A stretch of DNA of 60,298 bases, counting the filler, from Hausera hauseri (lineage: Eukaryota): the NCBI GenBank assembly GCA_046269625.1. It is 10 parts of 10 records of this genome, joined end to end, with 100 filler letters (N's around TTAATTAATTAA, not from the genome) between each part and the next. Parts side by side here need not be neighbours in the genome. Positions count along the whole stretch, not along the records: positions 37,264 to 41,800 come from JBJURY010536898.1; positions 41,901 to 48,139 come from JBJURY010121539.1; positions 48,240 to 53,636 come from JBJURY010262621.1; 7 more parts are not named here. The stretch is one strand, 5' to 3'. Shown piece by piece: positions 37,383 through 48,999 of this stretch. A program made the translations under genes and the position numbers. Positions within the stretch are counted from its first letter, which is position 1; each line of letters starts with the position of its first letter. Under the pieces are notes generated by a model. The model was not told the DNA's origin, made no database searches, and worked only from the letters and a program-made list of their open reading frames with translations.

Positions 37383-39570
37383 TTCGTGATTGTCATTTTA
37401 AAATCTGCCCAATGAGCCGGTATTCTGCACAGAAGCAATTCTGGAGTACAACGAAACATGGTTCGCACAACAATGGCGACGCCGTACTGATCAACAAACT
37501 GCATAGTGCTGCAGAACTTGAAAAAACGCAAATTAAATGGAATATAAAAAGCTTCCAGGAACTGTATTACAGTATGGTTCGATTATACAGCTTCTCCATA
37601 TCTAGAGTAACAAAATACTAACTGTCAATAAAAAGCTCCCGGCTTTGTTAGAAAAAACGCAATGCGGGTGTATTTAGACGTTAATGGCAACGAAGGATCT
37701 TGGTTATATGTTCAACCGTTTTATAAACACTGTTCAGTTGGCGATAATATTGTTGTTGGGGACAAAGCGATATTGAATCCCGTCAACGCTGGGCAACCAT
37801 TGCATGTTAGTCATTACGATTTATTAGATCATATCGAATGCAACGAAGTAAATGCTGTGAACTGTAGTACATCATCGTAAATCACACTTTTCATGGATTT
37901 CAAGGAAAATATTGACGATGTTTTAAAAGGGTGAAATCTTGTGAGACTGTTTCATACCGAACAAGAAAAGTTTTTGACCTGTGATGAATACAAAAAGGAA
38001 AGATACGTTTTCCTTCATACAATAGCTCGCGCAACTGTAACTCCTGCAACGGGTATTCCAATTGATAGGGATGCTGAAAAACCAATCATGCACAACGTAT
38101 GCTGTGCTTTGTTGGAGGAAGACAAAGAAGCTTTTGCAGTTGCACCGATATCTGCTCAAAAAGTTCCAGATTTAGATTTTTCTAACGATGCCAGTAAAGT
38201 ACTTTCTGTTGTAAAGCAAAAAATTATACAGCTCGCCGCCAATGATAAAATTGTCTATAACCTTCTTTCCTTAATTGTGCAGTTCCTTTGTTCACTGGAG
38301 GACACAACTGGGGACCCATTAGAATTGGAAGTAAAATGCATTACTAGATATCGTCGGAAATTATCAAAAGAAAAAAATATTTTGAAGCAGATTTTTAAAA
38401 TACTCGAAAGTCCACTGTTAACCGATTTCCCCATTAAAATGGAAGACTTATCTGATCAGAAAAATATCGCGTTTAAAAATATTTGCCGGCTTTGTTACAG
38501 AATTCTAAAACTATTCCAGCAAGACTCGGAAGAATCAGGAATACATTGCAAAGCAACTTCCGATGATGCAAAAAAGATTGGCTGCGGCATTTTGCCTGAA
38601 GATACTGTGACTGCTTTGTTGCATAATAATCGGAAACTGCTAGAAAAACACATTACAGTATCTGAAATAAATACTTTCATAAATTTAATACGGAAGGGAA
38701 CAGATAGCAGATTTTTGGATTACTTATCAGATTTATGTATATCAACAATATTGCCATCCCTGTGACACAGGAATTGATCTGCAAATGTATATTTAATGAA
38801 GAAAATCAGGATATTCTGATAAAGACATTTATATACAAGAAAATTGAAATTGAATATGAAGTTAAACCCGATTATGGATTTGAAGATGATTACGTATTAA
38901 ATATGGCTGAATATGATAAAATCAAGGAAGCGCAGACAATTTTATAAACCGAGGAAGAAGACACAATCATTTATTGGGAATGTGGAAAACATTCTAGAAT
39001 CTTTTAGAATTAGTTCAAGCAGCCAATAATGGCTCCAAAGATGATGAATCAATTCTAAGCTATTACAGATGTCAGTTTGTACTTTTCTCGAATCTTTGTT
39101 TGGACCGTCAGTATTTGGCCATAAATGACTTATCAAGAGAACAAAGTACAGATCTTATGTTAAGTGCATCTCCACTGATATGTTGCCACATAGTCTTCGT
39201 GCCTCATTTTGCCGTTTGTTGATACATTTACATGTGGATAGAGATCCACAAAATGTTACGCAATCTATTAAATTCGCAAGACTATAGGCTGACCTCCCGG
39301 AATCAATGGATATTGACAGTAACGAAACTACAGACTCGGAAGACGAAGTCAAGGAGGAAGTGAAACAAAATTTTACACCAGTTATCAGCTTTGTAGAAGA
39401 ATGACTAAATAATGTCGTCAATAACAATTTAATGCTCTCAATTCAGAACAAAATAAACTTACATTCGAGATTGAAACTGGTTTGACATCTTATATATTTT
39501 GGTTTCTACTCATTCCATGATTTACTTCAGTTAGTGAAAACTTTACTAAGAATTCTGGATTGTGTCATCC
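37383..39570 (+). pseudogene. ITPR: Inositol 1,4,5-trisphosphate receptor N-terminal fragment, intronless and disrupted
   Basis: [139 protein letters not shown]. No introns seen over ~2.2 kb. Internal deletion, stops and frameshifts. Confidence 0.93.
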
Positions 39571-39880
39571 CTTCAAAGACACCAACTTCGGACCTTTCGA
39601 TAACCTTTGCATATCCAATTTTGTATGGAAACAAATCGCTTCCAAAATCAGAAATGAAAAATTATTTAAACTGTGCCGATCAAATAATGCGTATTTCAAA
39701 CGAATATTTCGCTTCTACACACAAAATAAGCTTATTGATTACCAATTTCGGCGTGTTTTGCAACCTTACAGTCTCCGCTTTATCCGCTCCAGATATTTAT
39801 GTGCGACTGCCCATTAAGACTGACGAACCCCGATTCATTAAACGCAGTGAAACAAGTAAGAATTCGGCCACCCTGCATTT

Positions 39881-40563
39881 TGGTGCCCGCCCCGCCGGGG
39901 CGGAGGTCCCGACCGCCAACCCTGCGCCGGTTGGTCGGACGGTATCTTCGGCGTCGGCCCCACATCACGCCCCCAGGCGCACCACTTTCACTTCCATTTT
40001 TTTAACAATATACATATCACCACCTTCAATACAACACATCCACACATTCCCGCCCTTCAAACATGCGTTTCTTCCTTACTTAATTCTTCCGACTTTTACC
40101 TTACCCATAACAACGCTCTCATACATTTCAACGGAACTCTACCTTCTTTCTCAAATCACACTTGCTTCAACATACATCTCCGTATCAGCGGTGGCATGAA
40201 TTCTTCGGCAACCATTGACACCACGGATACAACCACTACAAAAAAGGCAATACCCATTCTCTACTACCCCAAACCAAACCATCTACCTACTTCAATCGAT
40301 GCAAATTCTTCTCACAAAAATCCTACCAATACTTCTCCACATTGCACTGAATACTTCATAGATAATGAAAAGTCCAGCAAAACTTTGCTCCACTTCCATC
40401 AACTCTGGTTATAGTCCAACGGTATCACAGACTCGTTATCCGAAGCCCATAACCTACTTTATCTTCTACCAAACTCTATAAAGGCCTCAATCCATAACCT
40501 ACTTGACATCTTTCAACACTCTGACCCTTATACCCAATTGTTCGATGCTGTGTTAAAACAGAC
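39881..40563 (+). mobile_element. CsRn1-like gypsy 5' fragment: PBS-like motif, GC-rich leader, truncated gag (ATG 40196)
   Basis: TGGTGCCC at 39881 is followed by hairpins (CCGCCCC-GCC-GGGGCGG). The gag N-terminus MNSSATIDTTD...DPYTQLFDAVLK is homologous to that starting at 50774. Confidence 0.7.
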
Positions 40564-40564
40564 A

Positions 40565-41065
40565 TAAGAAGACGATGCTTATCTTCGACGTCCAATCAGC
40601 ATGCGACCTGACTTTGTTGATGTATATCAAAACAGAGGAGACATTTTATAAAACTTGGCAAATCGGATGAAGCAAGAAATAAGTATATAACCGCACTTCA
40701 ATATAGGCAAAACAGTGCAGATTTGCACTACAATTTGGGTGTTGTAAATATGGAAATGAAAAGGAATGATGAAGCTATTAATTGCTTTTATGCATCGCTC
40801 AAAATTGATCCCAATCATAAACACGCACGGTTAAGTTTGGCATCGTTTTATTCTGACAATCCAGAGAAGCGAGAAGAAGCCAAAACAATATATTATGACC
40901 TAATAAAACTAAATTTCGAAGTCGAGAAATGTCATTTTGCTCTTGCTATGATGGAAACGGATGATAAAATTTCCAACTTGCTGAGAAACATTATCTTCAG
41001 TCGCTAAAGTATGATCCAACGTCTCGTGGATCATTATTCAATCTTGCCTTATTGCATAACAATGA
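40565..41065 (+). pseudogene. TPR fragment of a TMTC-family (TMTC3-like) protein, intronless and disrupted
   Basis: ISMRPDFVDVYQNRGDIL, ADLHYNLGVV..E....EA...F..SLKIDPNHKHA, LAMMETDDK, RGSLFNLALL follow the order of the TMTC3 TPR region. Confidence 0.7.
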
Positions 41066-41397
41066 ATTTATGACGTTTGTTTTAGTTGAATATTGTATTT
41101 ACTATCAGTTGTACAGAGTTGAATAAAAAATTGATTTTCTGCCATTTTTTGAACATTTATTTGACGTTTTTCAGAAATCAGGCAATTTCAACCGTTTGGA
41201 TTTTTTTTATTGCGGATATTAATCATACAACTATAAATTGGTGTCAGATTTTACCTCTAAATATTCGAAATTGGAGCTATTTGTTCAAGATGCAATCAAA
41301 GCAGAAAGCAGGATTTAAATTCAATTCCTTTAAAAAGAATCCAAGTACTAAAATAACTCCTAATGAACCGATCATTTTCCCAAACAAATCCAATACG

Positions 41398-41460
41398 AAC
41401 GACCGATGTATTGTTCAACCGTCAGATGGTGATCTAAGGAATCCGCCAAAAAGTTTTATG
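41398..41460 (+). pseudogene. ITPR: ITPR fragment that belongs immediately upstream of 37383
   Basis: NDRCIVQPSDGDLRNPPK corresponds to ITPR 'DDRCVVQP..GDLNNPPKK', whose continuation 'FRDC.FK' is at 37383. Confidence 0.85.
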
Positions 41461-41800
41461 AGTACTTAGAAGTGAGGACTTGGCACCAACCCTCCCCCAG
41501 GGAAGGAAGGAAGCCAATAGGAGGAGAACACGTCATTGAGGGGAAGTGAAACTGGCGAATGGGAAGAGGACACGTCATCGGGGGGGAAGGAAGTAAGCCA
41601 ATAGGAGTAGAGGACCAATCAGAGAGCATTGATGCCAATTGGGTTTCACTATTCCCACCCCGGAACAAAGCCAATTGGGTTTCACTATTCCCACTCCGGA
41701 ACAAAGTGGTTTCACTATTTCCACCCTTATTTATGAAAAGCGATGAGAAGAAATAAATATTTATTAAAATACAATCAAATAGAATAATGTCCATATGCGA
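41461..41800 (+). mobile_element. Polinton/Maverick TIR (element continues past the contig end)
   Basis: Starts AGTACTTAGAAGTGAGG, preceded by TTTATG (41455-41460). Homologous to 15818-16092. Confidence 0.85.
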
Positions 41801-41900
41801 NNNNNNNNNNNNNNNNNNNNNNNNNNNNNNNNNNNNNNNNNNNNTTAATTAATTAANNNNNNNNNNNNNNNNNNNNNNNNNNNNNNNNNNNNNNNNNNNN

Positions 41901-44177
41901 ACTCCGGTAACACGACCAAGTACATCAACTATGACACGTGAAATGATAACTAGTCCCATTATGGAACTTAAGAAAAGTATCAAAGAATTGGACATAATTA
42001 TCCAACCAACAACTTATTCATTGATTATCACAGTATCTGACTTAAAGAACACGAACATAAAATTTGAATGCCACCTTAACCACAAAATTATAAGCGAAGG
42101 AGTTTTAACTCCGGAAGAGCCCACATCAGCTTGTATGCCTTTGGAAGCTGATACGAATTACAAAGTAATCATAACGGAACTAGACGAAGATGGACAGACG
42201 TTACAGACTGTTAGGAAACTAGAGAAAACGTTAAGATTACCAATGGTTCTTACGACAAAAGTTATAAAAACCACTACTATACGAATCTCAACGGAAAATT
42301 CCAATAGATATCTCTGGATGATTATCACCCTAGGAGTTCTCTTAGTTTTAATAATTATACTACTACCAATTACAATTTATTGTTCTAAAATAAGACGTAA
42401 AACGCGTAAAACTAAGATAATGATGCAAAAATTAAAATTATTAAGAGAGGCATCCCAAGACGACGATTTAGTAGACGCGCCCCCTCAAGCTGAAATGCTA
42501 CCAGATTTTAAACGGCTATCTCAACCGTTAACAAATGTTGCACTATATATATGCACACATGTAAGAAATAAGGCTGCAAAAATATTAGCAACCTACCAAA
42601 GTAATAACTATAAACATTATAGGCTGCAAAGCTCTATGCGACCTAACATGTATTTATTTTTAAGAAGTTTCCCATGGCTATTATTGATTTGTTCTATTTT
42701 AGTTCAAGAAGGTGCCGAAACAGTAGAGAGGGCCAAGTCCTTCTACTACAATATATCCTCCAATCTAGAATCCACACAACACAAGGATTACCTTTATTTC
42801 GGAAAGGCCTCACTGATTCCTAATAATCTTAAAGGCCATTTGGTTACTCAACGATCAGGACTAATTATTAAATTGCCTAACACATCCACCTTACTATCCG
42901 ACTTAATCGACATATCCACAAAAACAACGTCCGTATATTTGTCAGTCATAAAAGCCAGTCTCCAACTAAAAAGTAGAAGCCACAGAAATAATATGACCGA
43001 CTTAATGGATATCGTTCCTTTTACTACCATCCGACTCGATCAGCGGTTCTATAAGAATGCCACAATCACGTTACGGACCTTTGGAGGACCTAGTCCTATT
43101 TTATACGTCGAAGTTACCAGACGTGAGACAATACCTCGCCCAGAATATGAAGTACCTATATACAATCTTCCTTTTCCTAACAAATCTCAACTCGAAGAAG
43201 GATGTTCCTTCTCCAGGATATCTCCAGTTTCAAGAAACCAAGTGATAATCTTATCCACCAACGTCGCCTACCTCATGAGAGACGCCCGTTCAGAAGCTAC
43301 TCTCACAGAAATTACTCTGATGGACCTAGAAGGCAAAGTTATTTTCGATCAATTTATCACTCCGAGAGACCGCGTGGATAATTATAACACTCAGATAAGT
43401 GGGATAAAAGAAGCAGATGTAATCGGCCAGGCCGACCAATATCAAATCTGGCCTACTATCCGGCGACAATTAGTGGGGAAGATGCTAGTAGGCATGACTC
43501 TATTCAAAATTAATTCTCAGTTAGCCCTCTTTAACATGGATCAAATAATGGGCCTACGTGATCTGTTCTACAACGAAAATATAAATCCAAAAAGAACATT
43601 GACCCAAAAACAGCTTTTCCTAAAGTACAACAACATCAAGTATCCGACTCGAACAAAAGACAAGGCCCAAATTATCTTGGATATCTATAACACCTTAAAG
43701 GAATACCAAAATGAAAAATCAAATTCGGATTCTATATCAATAGTACCAAAAATTTCGAACGAATTTTCAATCTTATCTGACAAAGACATTATCTTGCCTA
43801 CTAACGAATCCATGGATGTAGATCATATGGAAATAGAATCCCCATCAGAAGTACCTTTAGATTCTGCTATAATTTCAAATTCAAATAGTCAATTAAAACC
43901 ATCAACGAGCAATATCCAATCAACACCAATCGTTAGTTATAATGAGATCGCAACCACAGATTCAAAAAGAAAAAGAAAAAGAATTCCCAGAGACCAAACG
44001 ATTACATTAAAGCTCAAATTTAAAAAGAAAGGGCTGTGGCGACACTATGAATCCTCCAGCTATCGATTAGACAATGGCACCTTGGAAATCTATCCAGCAA
44101 TGCTGCGGACAGCATTGACTGAGGAGGGGGTTGTTGATATTACAGATTCTCAAGTTACAGACGTTGTAGACGATTAA
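41901..44177 (+). CDS. Retroelement 3' ORF (5'-truncated): beta-rich/FN3-like segment, TM helix, second hydrophobic segment, degenerate DEDDh (ISG20/REXO4-like) exonuclease
   Basis: Open from the contig edge for >750 codons without stops. TM at ~42309-42383 and a second hydrophobic segment at ~42648-42706. ~43240-43690 reads 'LTEITLMDLEGKVIFDQFITPRDRVDNYNTQISGI...IRRQLVGKMLVG...LRDL', the REXO4/ISG20 pattern. The ORF end overlaps the PPT. Confidence 0.75.
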   Translation, partial: TPVTRPSTSTMTREMITSPIMELKKSIKELDIIIQPTTYSLIITVSDLKNTNIKFECHLNHKIISEGVLTPEEPTSACMPLEADTNYKVIITELDEDGQTLQTVRKLEKTLRLPMVLTTKVIKTTTIRISTENSNRYLWMIITLGVLLVLIIILLPITIYCSKIRRKTRKTKIMMQKLKLLREASQDDDLVDAPPQAEMLPDFKRLSQPLTNVALYICTHVRNKAAKILATYQSNNYKHYRLQSSMRPNMYLFLRSFPWLLLICSILVQEGAETVERAKSFYYNISSNLESTQHKDYLYFGKASLIPNNLKGHLVTQRSGLIIKLPNTSTLLSDLIDISTKTTSVYLSVIKASLQLKSRSHRNNMTDLMDIVPFTTIRLDQRFYKNATITLRTFGGPSPILYVEVTRRETIPRPEYEVPIYNLPFPNKSQLEEGCSFSRISPVSRNQVIILSTNVAYLMRDARSEATLTEITLMDLEGKVIFDQFITPRDRVDNYNTQISGIKEADVIGQADQYQIWPTIRRQLVGKMLVGMTLFKINSQLALFNMDQIMGLRDLFYNENINPKRTLTQKQLFLKYNNIKYPTRTKDKAQIILDIYNTLKEYQNEKSNSDSISIVPKISNEFSILSDKDIILPTNESMDVDHMEIESPSEVPLDSAIISNSNSQLKPSTSNIQSTPIVSYNEIATTDSKRKRKRIPRDQTITLKLKFKKKGLWRHYESSSYRLDNGTLEIYPAMLRTALTEEGVVDITDSQVTDVVDD
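44121..44130 (+). promoter_or_regulatory. Polypurine tract
   Basis: GAGGAGGGGG followed after 1 nt by TGTTGA. Confidence 0.7.
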
Positions 44178-44952
44178 ATTCAACTTAATGCAAATACCAA
44201 ATTCGATGCACACATAAACTTGACACATAAACCTGACTTATTTAATTTAATTGTCTTCACTTGTTTTATTGTATTCATTTATTTTATTTATTTTAAATGT
44301 CCGTTTCTCATTACATGTAATCGTATTTATTTATCTGTCGTAAATTTATTGGTGCTATAAAATATCCATTGTGGAATTTTTAATTTGATACACTACCACA
44401 GAAAGGGTATATAAACCCGTGGTGTTGGAAAACAATATAGAAAATAGTTTATGATTAACTTTCTTCCCATGCTTGTCAGACAGTTCTCTTGTAAGTGTTT
44501 GTATTCTATCTCATTTTTGCTTATATTTTTACGCACTGTAAAGATTCTATATTGATTTTAATTATAATATTTTAGAGTATTCTTAATTGTGTTTTATTTT
44601 ATATTCCTATTAAGTAAGATAAGTAAAAGTAAACTTGAGTAGTAAGGTTATTAATTGGATAAAAGATACCCACTTTCTTACGGACATAAAAATCCGTATA
44701 AAGCTAAAATTTACCTAAAATCTGGGGAAAGACACCAGTGTTCCTCCTGGTGATCGAACTTACACATATATAAACTTAACTGTCAAGCCGACCCCACAGG
44801 CGGCTTTTAAGAATAAATAAATTACCTTGGTTTGTGGAGACACATACCACGAACTACCTTCCACTGATTGAAATAAGAATAAGTTTGAGGTTTAAGAACC
44901 CAAACTCTTTAAAGATCAATTTCATTTAATATCTTTTATCTCAAACTTATCA
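44132..44952 (+). mobile_element. Putative 3' LTR
   Basis: Begins TGTTGATA right after the PPT. TATATAAA at 44408, AATAAA at 44812, candidate end ...TTATCA at 44952. No second LTR in the window confirms the boundaries. Confidence 0.5.
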
Positions 44953-47900
44953 GTTTTAATTCTCTATTTAATGCACTGATTAGTCAATGGAATTGTTAGA
45001 GAATATTTTGCAGGTTAAAAATTAAAAAAAACTATTTTTGCGCAATTCCTAAAAAAATTTTGCTACTGTGCACTACTAACATTTTTGAAAGATTGGCATA
45101 GTGAATCTTCACCAACCTGAGAGTTTTTGTTTCTTATGGGCGCTTCTGTAAATTGGTGCGGCTTTTTCCCAGTGGAACCATCGCCTCCAATACTCCGGCC
45201 ACGTATAGATAGTGATGTTACTGTGGTTTGGTAAATGTATGTGGAGAAATTGTTAAGGAGACATCCATATTTGTCATGTTAACATGCGCATTTGAAAATT
45301 TCACATCACGATTTTTCATCATTTGTACATTCCATTTGTGGTTGTTCGTTTTTAATTTTTCATTTTGCAGCGAATTGCCGAAATGACAGATCGGGAATTT
45401 TATGTGGGAATAATCAACCGAAATAATTATTTCATCAATTCGAAAAGCCAAAGAAAATTGCATGACCAAAACCAGTAAATTCCACAAATAAGAACTGAAA
45501 AAATTCTTGTATTGTTAATTGATTTTGACATTTCAACTGTGGTGTCACCGTGTTTCGGGCCCCCTGATCCATTACGGCCGGGTGCGTTGGCTTTGCACCA
45601 ATTACACAGTTTGCTGGACCTGTTTGTCCTCCCTCAGGGAGTTTGGCTATGGTTGGACTATCCGACCACTCCGAGTTTATCGAACAAATCAGTAGCAGAA
45701 AATATCCCTCAACCAAAATTACAGAGTTTAAAAATGCACATTAACTGCAACGAATGGCAACTCCAATACAGATTATATCCTTTGTGACATTTTTGATCGT
45801 ATCACCGACATCAAACAATATTTGAAATCTTATGGTTGCTTCATTGTGTGATACCAAGCCGTGGACCATTGAATCAGTCGCATTTCATCACAATTCTGAA
45901 AATTTCGTGATTTCCACATAATATCGATAAAGTTTATTCGTCAGTCGTTTCATCGTTCGAGTTAATTGCTAAGCGATACAGTCAATTGATAAGTACAAAA
46001 TACACACGACGATCTAACTGATATTAAAATTTTCTTAAAGATATTATTTTTCGGAAAGCTAATGAAACAGTAATTCCGGCAAATTGCGTAATGGTGATGT
46101 CAAATTTACAGAATATATACGTTCAGAGTCAGTACAAATAATACGGTTCGTGCAACCTAATGTTGAAAACGTGTCAATTTCATAATCAAAAAAACAGTCG
46201 ATGCACATATTTGGCATCATTCCTGCACTTAGGAAGGGTTTCAGAAATTCAGAAAAAATCAACATATTAGATCCAATTTATGGACAAAATGTCATGAATA
46301 CCGATATTAATGAAATGGAAGCGGTTTACTTCCTACCTCCCATTTATAAACCATCAAATGTACTTGATATTAGCAGAATAATTGAATAACTAGACAGATG
46401 GAATAACGAAGAATCTTACCCAGTTATTGGAGCAAAAAGTGATATAGAAAATTGCAAGAAAAAATACGTATAGTAATAGGCTAATTAAATAAATTCGTGG
46501 CCCATTTTTCGGTATGTGGTCCCTTCAGGACGACTGTTTAAAATCAATGTGACTAAGGGGAAAGATCGTCAGTGTACCTCCTGACGGAACTTACTCATTA
46601 AGGCTAAGTAACCTAAATCAATTGTCTAGCAATCCCATAGGTTGCTATTTGAGCAATTAAATAAAGTTTAAGTTTGATGTCGCGAGACCCAAGCTCATCG
46701 CCGATCATTAAACTTAACAGTTGGATTCTGTGTAGATCGTAGAATAGCGAATTGGTAAAAGTATTGTCTAGCTGCTGACGACGTGAGGAATAGCTATAAG
46801 TATTTGCTGGATAATTACATCGTAGGATCAGTGGTATTACTGGTGTTATTCTTTGACCGATTGGTGATTTCTTCAAGTGATAGATGATGATGAATCTCCC
46901 ATCCGGAATTTCGAGTAATTTTTGCAGTAAATTGATGCATTCAAAAGAGTTTTATTTGTTTAAATAAGGAACCATATGTTTGAATAAGCATTGGTTTTCA
47001 GCATTTGCAGTAAAACATATTCAAAATATATGCTTGGTTAACACAGAACATGTTTTGAGCATGCAGGTCATTCTATCCTGGTTTTCCACTGTCTCTATGG
47101 TCGTGTAAGAAATTTCAGGTTAATCGTGTTTGTTTACCATGAAGTGTGCGAGGAATATACTGAGAATGTACCAGTGCATGGAAAGAAACAATTACGAGTG
47201 ATACCAAACCCTTTCAAGAGCTCTGAGAACATTCATTTATTGGAATATTCTGTACATTTATGAATTACGTATTTATAATTTATTCAAATTCTAGACTTCA
47301 GTTTTCATCTCTTCTTCTCTCTTTATGGCTGCACGCTGTTCCTCCCGTCGTTGCTGCAAATGATTACATAGAACAAAAAATATTACCTTAAATATATAGT
47401 CAAGGAAATATTTGTATAGATATACATGGCATACTAAACATTCTACTACCGGTACGAATATATAAAGCACACTAAACATTCCATCATAAAAAAATAGGCA
47501 ACAGAAAAGTATACAATATATAGCCAAAGAAATATTTTTTAATAAATATACATTTCATGACTGTTCCATTTCGCCAGTAAATTTTATAAATTCATTTTGT
47601 TAGAACCAAATATGTTAATCTGATTCCATTTGCAGTTTGAATTTTCTTTCAACACCATCAGCTCTCATGTGGTCTGGATATTATAGTATCAATAACCGTA
47701 AGACTTTTCTAATTAAGTACACAAAGTTGGAGTTATCTCCATTCCTCAAACTGGATCGCTACAATACCATTTATTTTTTTACCTGCAGACAGGTAAATAC
47801 GATAAAAACCTGAATGACTGTCAAAACTTGTTATCTGTGTGTGTGAAATCCTGCTAATAAAACGATGTATAAGATTTAAAGTCCCTGATAAGTTAACGAG

Positions 47901-48239
47901 CCAATGTAAAATAAATGCATTATAAACCATGATTTATACATTTTTCAAATTCAAAAGTCATATTTCAACGCATAGCCTATACTGTTAGACTGCATCATTC
48001 ATCGTGTTCTCCTCATAACCCATTCAAGAAACATTCTGTGAGGTCACGGTGATGTACACATGAAAATGTTTCCTCCAAATGAAATAACTTTTAGCACTGT
48101 TAATGCATAAAATGATCTCCAGAGCCATAAACATGAATGNNNNNNNNNNNNNNNNNNNNNNNNNNNNNNNNNNNNNNNNNNNNTTAATTAATTAANNNNN
48201 NNNNNNNNNNNNNNNNNNNNNNNNNNNNNNNNNNNNNNN

Positions 48240-48890
48240 GGTATTGTCACAGAAGGATAGTTTGGGGCGCGAGAGAGTGATTGCGTACGGATCACACACA
48301 ATGAACAGCCATGAAAGGGGATATTGTATTACTCGGAAAGAACTACTGGCCATGTATTATTTCTGTCAACATTTCAACCATTACCTATACGGAAAACGCT
48401 TCACATTAAGAACAGACCACAAGACAATAACGTTCATGGTAAAGACAAAAAAACCAATAACAGCCCAATTTCAGACGTGGATCAACTAACTATCCACTCT
48501 AAATATCAACCTGGAGTACAAAAAAGACACAGATCATGCAAACGCAGATATGCTGTCTCGCACAAGTTGCGAAACATGCAGTTAATGTCTACAACAACAT
48601 GACGATGCCAAGATGCAGAAAAGCAAGACTCGAATGATAAATGTCGTAGAAACAGCAGAAACATACAAATACCTGAAGGACAGCAAGGAAATTAAAGAAA
48701 TAAACGAAAGCATTGCCAGACGAAAATAAGAAAGATTTATACTAGAAGACGAAATAATAAAAACAGAAACAAGTAAGATTTGGGTACCAACGAACAGACG
48801 ATTAGAAATGATAACGCATAACCATGTCATGCTGTTTCACGCAGGATTAGAAGAGGTAATAAAATACATTGACAGTAACTATGACATGGA
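48240..48890 (+). mobile_element. pol: Gypsy RNase H - integrase start, same family as 19822-20457
   Basis: High nucleotide similarity to 19822-20457 (VLSQKDSLGR, TRKELLAMYYFC, TDHK, NADMLS, HNHVML.HAG). Confidence 0.92.
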
Positions 48891-48999
48891 CTCTGGTGCC
48901 CACAGCGGCCGGTGCTCTTTGGCATATTTGGTCGGACGCAGCCGGGCATCCGTCCCAGCTGCGTTCTGTCCATAGACGGGCCCCAAACTTCCTCTTCGA

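Noticed and set aside
37383-39570. Frameshifts in ITPR (and DGAT2) explained by micro-introns in functional genes
   Set aside because: The disruptions look like 1-2 nt indels, point stops and a large internal deletion. I saw no GT-AG segments that restore the frame.
37264-41800. A TIR transposon carrying ITPR/TMTC cargo between its inverted repeats
   Set aside because: The AGTAGT-type termini abut the internal sequence and the TIR bodies extend toward the contig edges. The internal DNA is therefore target sequence bearing the TSD, not cargo.
44953-48139. Possible host exons (ORFs at 45435-45787, 46613-46876, 47291-47527)
   Set aside because: Some coding-like stretches are present, but no motif I can recognise, so they are left unannotated.
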